From Geosiphon pyriformis uo1 (taxonomy: Eukaryota; Fungi; Glomeromycota): a DNA stretch of 64,000 nt. The stretch lies in contig JAAOMT010000531.1 of assembly GCA_016748015.1 (NCBI GenBank), forward strand, positions 372,001 to 436,000, read 5' to 3'. How positions within the stretch are numbered: position 1 is the first letter of the stretch; every line of letters starts with the position of its first letter. The notes under the pieces are model-generated. The model saw only the letters and a program-made list of their open reading frames with translations. It was not told where the DNA came from and did no database searches. Positions 23,955-35,339 of the stretch are shown here, piece after piece. A program made the position numbers and the translations under genes.

Positions 23955-26900
23955 TTAGATTTGTTTTATTCGCAATAAACCGTCAGCATTTCCGTTGTCT
24001 TTTCTCTTTTTGTAATGTATAGTATAATTGTATAGTGTGAGTGCTATTTTCTATCTTGACTGTCTTCTATCTTCAAATTCTTGTTTTTGGAGTGATGTTA
24101 ATCCCTTGTGATCTGTGTATACTTCAAACTTCTGGCTTAAGTATTTTTTCCATTTCATGACAGCCCAGTATATTGCTAAGTGTTCTTGTTCTGGTGTTCC
24201 ATAGTTTTTTTCAGCTGGTGTTAAACCTTTGCTGGCATATGCTACTGGATGTTCTCTGCCATCCAGTTTTCTCTGAGATAATACTGCTCCCAATGCTTGG
24301 CTGGATGCATTGGTGGTGATAATGAATGGTTTGCTGTAATCTGAATAGATCAGTACTGGAGTTTGGATGAGTTTTTTCCTCAGAATATCAAAAGCTTCTT
24401 GTCAACTTTCTGTCCATTCATATTTCGCATTTTTGTTTTGCAGTTGATTGAGTGGCTGCGCTATCTTGGAAAAGTTTTTGATAAAATGACGATAATAGCT
24501 GGCAAATCCCAAGAATGATTTCAGTTCTGTTATATTGGTCAACACTGGAAAGTTCTTTACTATCTCTATTTTCTCTGAATCCGTTTTGATGCCGTCTTTG
24601 CTGACTATGTGTTCCAAGAATTTGAGTTCTGTCTTGCCAAAGAAGCACTTTGTCACATTTAACTTTAGTTCTGCTCTTCTTAGTCTTTCGAACAGATGAA
24701 AATAATCATCAAACATCTTTGAGAATACATTGGTGTCGTCTAAGTATACAACTACTGATTTCCACAATAAGCCCATATAAATAATTTCCATTAACCATTA
24801 AAAAGTTGCTGGGGCATTGGTTAAGCCGAATGGCATCACTTCAAATTTGAGATTCTTTTCTCTAGTAGTAAATACTGTCTTCTCTTTGTCAGCTGGATTC
24901 ATGGCTACTTGCCAGTAACCATTGTTCAAATCTAATGTGGAGAACCATTTGTTCCCACCGAAAGCATCAAATAATTTCTGTATTCGTGGAGTTGGATAAC
25001 TGTTTCCACAAGTTACACCATTGAGTTTCCTGTAGTCTACACAAAACTGGATTTTTCCATTTTTCTTACAGACAAGTACCACTGGTGATGACCATGCACT
25101 CATTGATGGTTGAATTAGCCCATTGTCAAGCATTCTGTTTATCTTTTGATGAATAATCTCATGGCTGGCTGGCAGCATTTTGTATGCTCTTTGTTTGATT
25201 GGCATTGTATCTCCAGTCTTGATCTAATGCTGGATGATGTCAGTCTGGCCAAACTCATTTTCGCTGGCAAAAATGTTATTGAAATTGTTGAGTAACATCT
25301 TGAGCTGCATACATTAGAGTGGATCTAAGTTTCCCATGTTCATTTGTTCCAATTGTTCTGGTTGGAGCAAATAACATTCGTCTTGTCCATAGATTGTTTG
25401 TGATGTAATGTCAACATATCCACAAAGTTGTGGAAAGTCTGGAATGGGGTTTGGTGATTGGTCTTCTATTTCTGTGGTTAAATATCCAATGGTGGTTCTT
25501 TCTGGTATGTTGATGACATTGCCAATGTTGTTGTAGATGGGAATTTTTATGCTGTTATAGCTTTTGGCTGGTATGTAGAGATTGATCAACCCAATCTCTT
25601 CTGATTCACAAAGATTTGTTTCCACTTCAAAAATCTGTTCTTGCTCCTTTTTCTTTCTTTCTATTGCTAACATGTACTGGTTATATGGTGGAATAGAAAT
25701 AGCTTGACTGGCTGAGATAATTTCTCCTTGGCCAACAATTTCTTCCTCCACCATATTAACTGGTACATCTATTCTACCCATTGATCCAAATCCTTGTATT
25801 CCTCTCGCTGTTATTCTTAATTCCTCTCTCTTTCCCACTGACACTAACTGAGCTACTTTAATCAGAGGCAGGAATATTGTCTGTGCTATCTTTTCATTGG
25901 GCTCTATTATATAAGCCTTTTCTGAGTCATTTTGTAACATGGCGATGATATTTCCTATATATCCTATATCAATTATTTCTCCTCTTATATTGATCTCTCT
26001 TTTCACTAAACTACTCCTAGATGCTAATTGAACCATTGTTGTTGCCGGAATCTCTAGTGCTATTTTCAGATCAATGCAGGTGTGTGAATGCAGTTCCAAT
26101 TTGATGGCATCTTTTCCTGGATATCTCAGATCAAACTTTGTATCCATATCATGCACACGTTCTGGCATAATACCTTCCCCATTGTCACTATACTATTTCA
26201 ACTTTTGTTCCTTGGAGAGATCTGGTAGTGCAATATATTGTTCATAGTTTAAATCGGGTTTTGAATCTGAGTCTGAATTGTTTTTGTCATCATTGTTATT
26301 TTGAACGGAGCTGAAACTGGTGGTTTTGTCATCATTGTCGGAGTCTGGATCGCAATTGATCAGTGATTTTGATTCTGATGCATAGCTGCTAATTGGTTCT
26401 TCTTCTTTAAGGATCAAGTAGATCATGCATGGTGGTGGATTGTAAATGAGGTCACAATTGTCACAATATTCAAAGTCACTGGGAATTAAACAATGGCAAC
26501 ACAGTTTTGTATTTAACTGTGCTAGCCATTGTTCTTGCTCTTCTCTAGTAGGTGCCAAGTTTTGGTAGTGTTCATGGAACTCTTCTGGTTCTAGAAAATT
26601 TATAACTGGCTCTGCATCCCAGTCAAGCTCAATGGGTTTTGGTGGGTTGTTTTTAATTGTCCGGATTTCTTCTGGTGATGCGCCTTCAATTTTGGCAGTT
26701 GCCATTCTCCAAATTTTGTCATTATTATATGGACAACTGTCTAATCGTCACACTGCTCTTTACCAAGCGGCTTCAATTGGTGTCCTCTTTTTAACCCAGT
26801 TGCTAATCAGAATCATGTATTGACACTCTACGTTACACATTTCTTCACGTCCAGGAATGTCATGCCACATTTTTTCATCCAAGAGAGTCTCTCTACAAGC

Positions 26901-27771
26901 TAAACATGGCTGATTGTTCTATTTCCCTACTCGTTTTGGTCTTCCAAAGCATTCAAGAACACATGGGTGGCAATAGAACCTAATTGCCATTGAATATTTT
27001 TTATTGTCCCACAGCATGTGCCCATTGATGACAATTTCTTGTCACAATCGATGCATATAAGCTTAAGTCGACAATAAGTAGATCATTGTGGTATAGTGTA
27101 GGTGTTATAAGTGGTGGTGGTTTGGGTGGTTTCTTCTTCTTTCCCTTTTTCTTTATTTTTTTTGTCCTCTTTCCATTCCCAGCTTGAAGTTGGTTCACTC
27201 TCATTGTTGTCAGTCCATGTCAAGTCATTAGTTTCCTAGGTAAGTTCTTTCTTTTGTTTCCCTTTTTCCTTGTTGTTGTCATCCCAGGAGAGTATTGGTA
27301 GTAGTTTGTTGTGCTCTTCATCTGCCCACGACACTTGATAGGCTTCTCAGGTAGGCTTTTTTTTCTTCTCCTCCAGTTTGATCAATAATTTCTCTCTTGG
27401 AGGAGTTTTGAAGTGGCCACACATGGCTGGAACACATATGTGTTGGTCTTGATACGTTAGCTGGAGTTCCTGAGTGTTCTAGTTTAATGTCACGTTGACT
27501 TTGAATAACCAGTCATTACCAACGAGAGCTTGGTATTGAGTGGCTTCCATCACTAGAACTTTAATGGAAGTTATGATGCCATTGACTTCAAAAGGAAAGT
27601 CATCGATTTTGCCGATTGGAGTTTTGGTTGCTCCATCGGCTGTAATGATTCTGGCACTGGCAGCTCGATCAACTCAGCAACCTAATTGATCTATGAGTTG
27701 TCTTGTGATTATGCTGCCTGTAGAACTGCTGTCCAGGATCAATTTGATGGATTGTCCTTCGACTTTGGTGT
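23955..27771 (-). pseudogene. Gy-B pol: protease, Cys-rich domain, dUTPase (25775-26168), RT and RNase H
   Basis: dUTPase motifs ASRSSL, IIDIGYIGNI, EKIAQTIF and RGIQGFGS. RT motifs FCVDYRKLN and YLDD. RNase H ends NGNADGLLRIKQI*. Confidence 0.9.
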
Positions 27772-28440
27772 TGTTACCAGTAGAATTCTAGCTATTAATT
27801 AGCATGAAATTTCTTTTATAATTCCTATCATTAATTAGCATATATTATTATCGTTTCGAATTTCACTTATTATTTAATCAAATTAGCAATTATCATCATT
27901 TAATCAATAACCCGATTTGGACCATAGAAATTGAGATGATCAATTTACACAATACCCTGAACCATATAACATAGCCAAAATTCGCCGAAATTAATGAAAA
28001 TTGGCCGAAATAATTCATAGTTCAGCGAAATAACTTGTAGTTCGCCGAAATGTATCTTTAGTTCACCGAAATTCTAGAAAAGAGAAAAAGTGCAAGTTCA
28101 AAGACTAGTACTACAACAAGTTGTATAAAAGAAGAGCTTCTCTCTTCAAGAAAATGTATCTTCTCATATCTTATCATAGTATCTTACTTTAGGTATCTTA
28201 ATTAGAACAAATCACTTTTTACATATCTCAAATAAAAATTAAATATTCGAAAACCAAATCCTTTGATTATTACACTTGAAATTCTCTCAACACAACTAAC
28301 ATTTTGAAATTGATTAGCTACCAATTTCAGTAATCTGTTAGTGACTCCAGGCCTGGATAGAAAACGTTTCCTTGACAAAATTCTATTTCTTTACGTTTCT
28401 TTTATTTTTCTCTTTCTTTTCTTATCATAATCATTTGGGT
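27772..28440 (+). mobile_element. LTR of another element (LTR-D) inserted into the Gy-B protease; it runs into the assembly gap
   Basis: Abrupt TGTTACCAG start, TTCGCCGAAAT repeats at ~27980-28075, TATAAAAG at ~28124 and AATAAA at ~28231. The LTR end (~28335) is uncertain. Confidence 0.65.
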
Positions 28441-28577
28441 NNNNNNNNNNNNNNNNNNNNNNNNNNNNNNNNNNNNNNNNNNNNNNNNNNNNNNNNNNNN
28501 NNNNNNNNNNNNNNNNNNNNNNNNNNNNNNNNNNNNNNNNNNNNNNNNNNNNNNNNNNNNNNNNNNNNNNNNNNNNN
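28441..28577. other. Assembly gap (137 N)
   Basis: Run of N. Confidence 1.
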
Positions 28578-28881
28578 GGGTAGCCTACAGATGAGATTCC
28601 TGTAGAAGAGTTGACTTTCACAGCAAAGTAACTACACATTTTTAGTGAGCTTCTAGACGAGCAATTCCTGGGAAAGAGTTGACGTTTACTACAACGTAAC
28701 TACATAAAGTAACTGGCACGGAATTGGCCATTCCACTTATAAGCCCAGTGGTTCAAATTATAGGAGATAATTTGAAGATAAATTCAGTTATCGAAGGTTC
28801 AACTACTTCCTCTAGTCGTGAATAAAACAGCAAAACAACATCAAAACCTTCAAGAAAAGAGACCAAAAACCTCCGGTAACA
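28578..28881 (+). mobile_element. 3' part of an LTR (LTR-E) inserted into LINE-2
   Basis: AATAAA at 28821 and terminal CCGGTAACA at 28881, followed directly by LINE coding sequence beginning CCGC. Confidence 0.6.
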
Positions 28882-30794
28882 CCGCCTGTTCGCGCATAGG
28901 TCTCATGATTTACAGGTTCTCAGCTGGTGCCCTCGTCACCTCCTGCTTTTCCCTTCTTGTATTAATGTCAGTCCTTTGAATAATTTTTTGGCTGGTGTCG
29001 TCCGGATTTTTTTGGGTTGTGATTTCTCTCTGGGTGATCTCGTGACCAATGTTTTTCGTTTTCAAAAGGGGACCTCAATGTCTATTGTTCTTGGCAAGTT
29101 AGCTTTTTATAAATGTGTCTCTTTGCTTTGGTGATATGGAATTGCTTTTGTTGAGCAGCTTCACAATCGAACTGGTTCTGTTTTCGAATGGAGGACTTTC
29201 AAGTGGTAGAAGAGACTGGACCCTCAGGGCTCGATTCCTGATTGGTTCAATGTTGCTGTTCACTTTTTGTCTGGTTCTGGGTCATCTCACATTTGTTTTC
29301 TTTTGCCACTGAATGTTGACTTGTCTAACGTACTTGAGTCTTGCGAGTTTGATGTTGTTTGCAATTGCTTGTTGGAGGTTGATTCCAATTGCCTTTCTGT
29401 GTTTACGGATGGTTCTTTGTATGGGCTGGATACTCTTGATATGGAGGCTGGCACTGCTGTTTTTTTTGAGAACATTGATTTGGGTTTAGGTGTAGAAGTT
29501 TTTGGTTTGGTTTCTTTTATCATGACGGAGCTGCAGGCCATTGCTTTGGCTCTCGAGTGTGTCCCTTCTTCTCATTCGGTTAATTTGTTTTCGGACAGCC
29601 AGGCCGCTTTGGATGCATGCAAGTCAGAGTTAATGTTGGGGTGTCCGGATTTTAGGAATCAGTGTTGGGTCAAATGCCACCATATTTCTAATGTCATTCA
29701 TCACAAAAATTTGGATGTTAATTAGATTAAAGTTAGAGGTCACTCTGGAGTCTTGGGCAATAAGCATGCTGACACTTTGGCTAGGACTACTGCATCTTCT
29801 GGTGTGCATCTTCCTCACAGGATCAATGAACATTTTCTCAAGGCTGGTGGTACTGTGGTTTCTGGTAATTCTAGGCATTTTGTTCGTGATGTTTTCCGCT
29901 CTATTCACCGTGTACATTGGGAAGTCAGTTCTGGTTCTTGGGTATTGGTGGACAGCCTATGTGCTAATGTTGATTGAGTCAGGTCATGTTCGGTGTGGCA
30001 TCCGGACTCTTATTTGGCCACTGGTTATCGAACGTATTTTATGAAGACATTGCATCATCATCTTTCTGTTGCTGTACAAAAGCATCTTTATGATAAGGGG
30101 TACCCTAGTGTGATGTGTTTGTTCTGTGACAATGTTGAAATTTCAGATCATGTGTTTTCATGCCCATTCGATGCTGGTGATCATGCCCGGTTGATAAACG
30201 CTCATGCATCTGTTTGGAAAACATGCTCAGGTTTATCTCATTCAACTTTATGTGTTTCACAGTCACTTTCTGCTTGTACTTCCAATGCTGTTGTTGGTGC
30301 AGCTATATGTAAGGGCTTTGTTTTCAATGAGTGGTATCGTGAATCTTTTTCTGTTTTCAAGGACTTTAAAACGGTGGCTCAGAATATTGTGGCATTTGTG
30401 CGTGATTTTTGTCTTGTATTCTGTGATGATATTTGGCTGGTTCATGCAAAACACAGAGCTGTTATGGAGAAGGGTGGCTTGATTCCACATGATGGTTCTA
30501 TTCCTGTCTCGGTTTCTGGTCTTCTTTCAGTACTCTCATCCAATGTGGTTAGATTATTGGGTATTGCTAATGCAATTGGTATTGGTTTTAGGTTTCATAG
30601 ATCTAGTTTATTCTTTTTAGGTATAGGTAACTTGGTCTCGGTGCATATAGGTGCCTAGTATTGTCTTGACTAGTCTGAGTGGCTGGTCACGTGTAGAAAG
30701 AGCATGATTCATGCCTAGTTTAGATCACTTGTATGATGTATTATACTAGGTAGTGTTTGGACTTCACTCATTAAATAAATAAAAAAAAAAAAAA
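28882..30794 (+). mobile_element. LINE-2 3' half (RNase H, zinc motif, 3' UTR, poly(A))
   Basis: VFTDGSL, ELQAIALALECVP, LFSDSQAA, KVRGHSGVLGNKHAD and CLFCDNVEISDHVFSC. Stop at 30658 and poly(A) at 30781-30794. Confidence 0.9.
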
Positions 30795-32030
30795 TTTTGG
30801 CTGTATGAGATTAACAACAAAATAATATTTAACTTTTTTGTTAAAATTATTATTTTAAAATATTTATAGAATTTATCAAATTTAACAACATTAATATAAT
30901 TTTATTGATATTTAAATTTACTTTTGAATTTTTTGATTATTAACAAAAAATCTTAATGGCTTTGTTGAATATATTTTAAGCTACTACATAATAATATGTC
31001 ATTCGACTGGTGTTGTTCACAAAATTTTGGCTTAAAACCTAGCTTTAACATTTATTTTTTTAAATTTACTTATAAATTTAATATTGTCACTATTGTGTTT
31101 TTTGGTATCTAATCTTTTTATAGTAATTTTAAACAGAACAAATAACAAATAAGTTATATATTAAAACTGTTTAAACTACAAGGTAAACATAATATTCGAA
31201 TTAATTTTAAAAATTCAAAAATTCAAAAATTTTTTAAGAATTATAAAGAATAAAAAAAGTATTATCTAAATTAAAGATTATTTTTATTTAATCAATGCCA
31301 GATCTGGTTTTCTGTTTGGCTTCATAAATTTTTATTATTGTATTAATATCTTAATATATTCTGTTTTTTTAATAAATAAATAGATTTTATTGTAATAGTA
31401 TGATTAAATAATACTATGATTTTAATGAGTTTTATTTTTTTTTGAAACGAAATATGATTTGGTTTCATTAATAAAGAAACAAGCAAAAAAAAACACTAAG
31501 CAGTGAATGAAGTCATGAATTTATTAAAAATTTAGAAACTATTATTAATTTAAAATCTTAAATTCAAAATGAAAATTATAAAAATTTTTAAATCAAATTT
31601 TAAGAAATTGTTTTTAAAATAAAGTTGAATTAAATTTAATAGAGAAAAACTTTTGTAACGATTTAACTTTCATTTATTTGATCTGTCCAATTATTCAAAC
31701 TTAAATTAGATTTACTTTTTGAAAATTAACTTTATTATGACTCTGAATATTATAAAGTTGAAGAATTATTAGGTCTAAAGATGAAATATTGTCAAACAAT
31801 TATCATTGTTTTTATATTATGTTTTAAAGGTTGCAAGAATATCTTTATAATTAATTGATTGATTAATAAAAATTCATTTTAACATATTGGAATGAAGCTA
31901 ATAAACTTTATAATTCATTAATTATGATTTATAAATAATAAAGGTTTTCTAAAATATATCACTTACGAAAGATCAAAATAGTTATAATACATAAACGAAA
32001 ATTAAGATGAAACGATCACGATTAGATCTA

Positions 32031-33821
32031 TTAGGAATCGTCTAAATATAATGGATAGTAAATATAATCCAGTGTTAAACAAAGACATAAATTTTATTAA
32101 TGATTCATGATAGATGTAATTTCTTACCTTCAGGCAAATAAATTAATTCTTTTATATATTGATGTAAATTAGTAATAATTAAATTAATAAATTATTCAAT
32201 ATAAAAGTAGATAAACTAACCTTCAGAAAAATCAACCATCTGTGCAATTAAAACACGACTTGTAAAAACTGTTCCTGGATGAATTGGTGTTGTTGTTGTT
32301 GTTTTTGTTGTTGTCATTGCCGTTGTCGTTGTTGAGTCTAAATAAAATAGTTAGTAAAAGAAATAAGTGGTATACAAGATAATAAATTTTATTAATGATT
32401 AATGATTAATGATAAATATAATTTCATACCTTTATAAAGTGATTTTGTATTTGTTATAGAGTCGTTCTTTAACGTTTCTTTTACGTATTTATCTGATTCT
32501 AAAAACTGACGACCCTTATCTGTAATCTCATTTCTAGACTTCTTCCTAAACTGACTATAAGACCCCTCCTTAAACCGATCATACCTCTCTAAAAGGTCAT
32601 GCAACTTGCACCAAACTTCTCCCGCAGTAGGACGATTCTTAGGATTAGGATCCCAACACTTTACAATTATTTTCGCAAAACAAGGTGGAATAAGTGGGGA
32701 GGTAATTTTAGGCCTTTGACCATTTGAAATAGCCATTATAAGAATTTGATCATGTTTACAATCATAAAAAGGAGGCTTTCCTGTTGCTAATTCCCATAAT
32801 AACATTCCATAACTATAAATATCACCAGCTGTTGTAAACTTTTCACCTTTTAAAACTTCCGGTGGAATGTATGGAATCACTCCATGTATCTTTTTTTCCT
32901 CTGTTGTTTTTGCTTCATTGTTTACTGGTTGACATAATCCGAGGTCCCCAATTTGTGTGTTAAATGTCATAGATTCATATTGTAGGATATTGCCCGAGTG
33001 TAGGTCACGATGAACCATCCCAGATCTATGAATTGAAGAAAGTCCCCCAGCTATATTACGCGCGATCTCTAATTTATCTTTCCAACACATAGAATGGAAA
33101 TTTGTTGATAAATATTTTCGCATGTCTCCATGTTTGGCAAGCTTCATCACAATTCCATACTCGAGTGTTTCAGCATTTTGCGTAATCCCCAATATTCGAG
33201 AGATATTACTTAAATGTTCATTCTTAATAAACATAGCTCTTTGAATATTTAACTATCAACATAGTGTAAATAAATAAATAAATAAATAATATACAATAAA
33301 TAAATAATAGGGAAATATGAATTAAACAATACTTTGTTTACCTCTTTAAGCACTTCTGAACTGTTCATTTTTATAATTTTTATTGCTACTTCTTCTCTTC
33401 CTTCCCTTCCCAATGAACCATGATGTTTTATTGTCCACTTAGCAATTAATCCATCACTTAGAGTTGCTTTATAAATTATACCGAACCCTCCTTTAGCAAT
33501 TTCCTTTATATTCGACAAACGCTCCCATGGAATCCATTCATAGTAATTCAATTCACCATTATATGCTTTATTTTCATAAATATTAGACGGATTAGGTGGA
33601 ATATAAATTGGATTCTTGATTATTTCATCGACTACTTCATTGCCGCTTGAAAAGTCGTAGTAAAGTTTTTCAAAAAACATGAAGTGGCATGCGGCACACG
33701 AATTATATCTCATTTTAATGCTCTCTTGACAGGATTTACACTCATTGCAATCATGAGCATATGGACGAGGATTTTTAAAATAAGCTTTTGAGCGGGTTTT
33801 TTTAGTTTGAAGATTTCCCAT
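32031..33821 (-). CDS. Tyrosine-kinase-like (TKL) protein kinase, 5 exons (33821-33342, 33252-32430, 32337-32221, 32148-32128, 32041-32031)
   Basis: IAKGGFGIIYKA, VAIK, HRDLHSGNIL, IGDLGL, YIPPE, DIYSYGMLLWE and C-terminal HPGTVFTSR. GT-AG introns keep the frame. Confidence 0.88.
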
Positions 33822-34003
33822 GGCAATAAAATGTAAATAAATATTATGAGAAGGTTTTTTAGAAGGTTTATATGTTAGCATATTTAGAAATTCATTGTTA
33901 AAAAGTGGTTGGTATTTATGTTGTTTCTCTATGTTCACATATCAATTTATCTTATTACTACAAATCATACTAGAATTGATTAATCACAATTTTGTTGAGT
34001 TAA

Positions 34004-34006
<3 letters not shown>

Positions 34007-34049
<43 letters not shown>
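34007..34049. repeat. (TTA)n microsatellite
   Basis: Tandem triplets. Confidence 0.9.
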
Positions 34050-34051
<2 letters not shown>

Positions 34052-35339
34052 GCATTTGTGTAAATCATATTAAATTATCATTGCAGAATTATGCGCTTAT
34101 CTTTTTATAATTTAGTACGAAATACATGCATATTTAGGGCTACAGAGTAAATACAAACTGTACTAAATAAATTAGGAAAATTGCAGGCAGTCAAATAAAG
34201 TTTTTTGCGGTTCAAGTCTTTGTAGATAATACCATTTGAATGGTCTATAATCGGAAATTTTGAAGATAAATTGTAAATTTTTTGATATTATTAACCTTTC
34301 AATTAACTGTACAAAAACCAATTAATTATAAGATCAAAAACATCTATTTGAAAATTAATGAAGACAAAATAGCAGTAACCAAGACATAAAATCATAGAAA
34401 TAATTAAACATATATTTTTTTGAACACTTGTATATGTCAAACATTAAAAAAGCTAAGTCAAATGTTTAGTGCTTTATCAAAATAACATTAAAAAGCTATT
34501 ATGAACAAACAGCTTTTGTATCTGATACTGATGGTTCCGTTTTTTATTGTAAATTATTGAATACAAATGTGTGTGTAAAAAAAAATTATATGAAAATAGG
34601 ATTTATGTTGTAAACAGTCTAATAAAATTATAAGCAATTTAATTTAACATTCAATAAAGTATAAATTTAAAACTTTCAAACAATTGCAATTAAAAAGCAA
34701 AGTAGCTTTAAATATGAGTTTCGCTATTTTGAAAGAATTGTTAAAGTTGTTGTTTGTATTGTTACAATTTATTTATTTTGTATTTATAATTATTATAATT
34801 ATATATTAGACACTGATGGTACCTTATTTTAAAATTTGTTATTGATTTAATTATTGACTATATTGTTAATAGTAGTTATAAGTAAAATCTTACAAAGCTA
34901 TAGAAACATCTGAAGTAATTAGAACTTATTTGGAAATATCTGAATTTTTTATTTTCTTATTTTGTTATTTAAGAATATTGTATTTTTATTAAAATTAGCT
35001 TAAAAAATAAAAAACTTGTTCTTATAATATTAAATATATAAATGTTAAAAATAATTAATATTTGTGATTCAACTTTAAAAATAATAACTAAAACATTAAA
35101 TTATAATTTTTATTAACGATTACAAACTATTTTTCAATCTTAAAATTTCTTAAAAAAATTAGCAACTGTAATTTCAAAATAAATTATATTAATTAAATTG
35201 CTTATATATTCAATTTGCTTTTCTGTTAGATTTTTTAGTCAAATTTATATTGTTCTTAGTTCTTTTTTTTATTTGTTAATATGTTATGTTGTACATAAAG
35301 TATTAGTTTTTTTAAGGATTTGAACATATTTTGAAATTC

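Larger units (their letters stand above)
20933..27771 (-). mobile_element. Ty3/Gypsy LTR retrotransposon Gy-B (dUTPase-bearing), interrupted in the protease; gag and 5' LTR not seen
   Basis: 3' LTR at 20933-21812, PPT at 21813-21827, then ORF-X, integrase, RNase H, RT, dUTPase, Cys-rich region and protease (IKLILDSSSTGS) up to a new LTR at 27772. Confidence 0.9.

Noticed and set aside
28372-28639. ORFs spanning the N run
   Set aside because: Artefacts of the assembly gap.
27772-28881. Single ~1.1-kb solo LTR (TGTTACCAG...CCGGTAACA)
   Set aside because: The flanks differ (GTGT versus CCGC), the host sequences differ on each side, and each part has its own TATA/poly(A)-like signals.
30680-30770. 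Hammerhead ribozyme in the LINE 3' UTR
   Set aside because: A three-helix layout and a GAAA are present, but no CUGANGA core was found on either strand.
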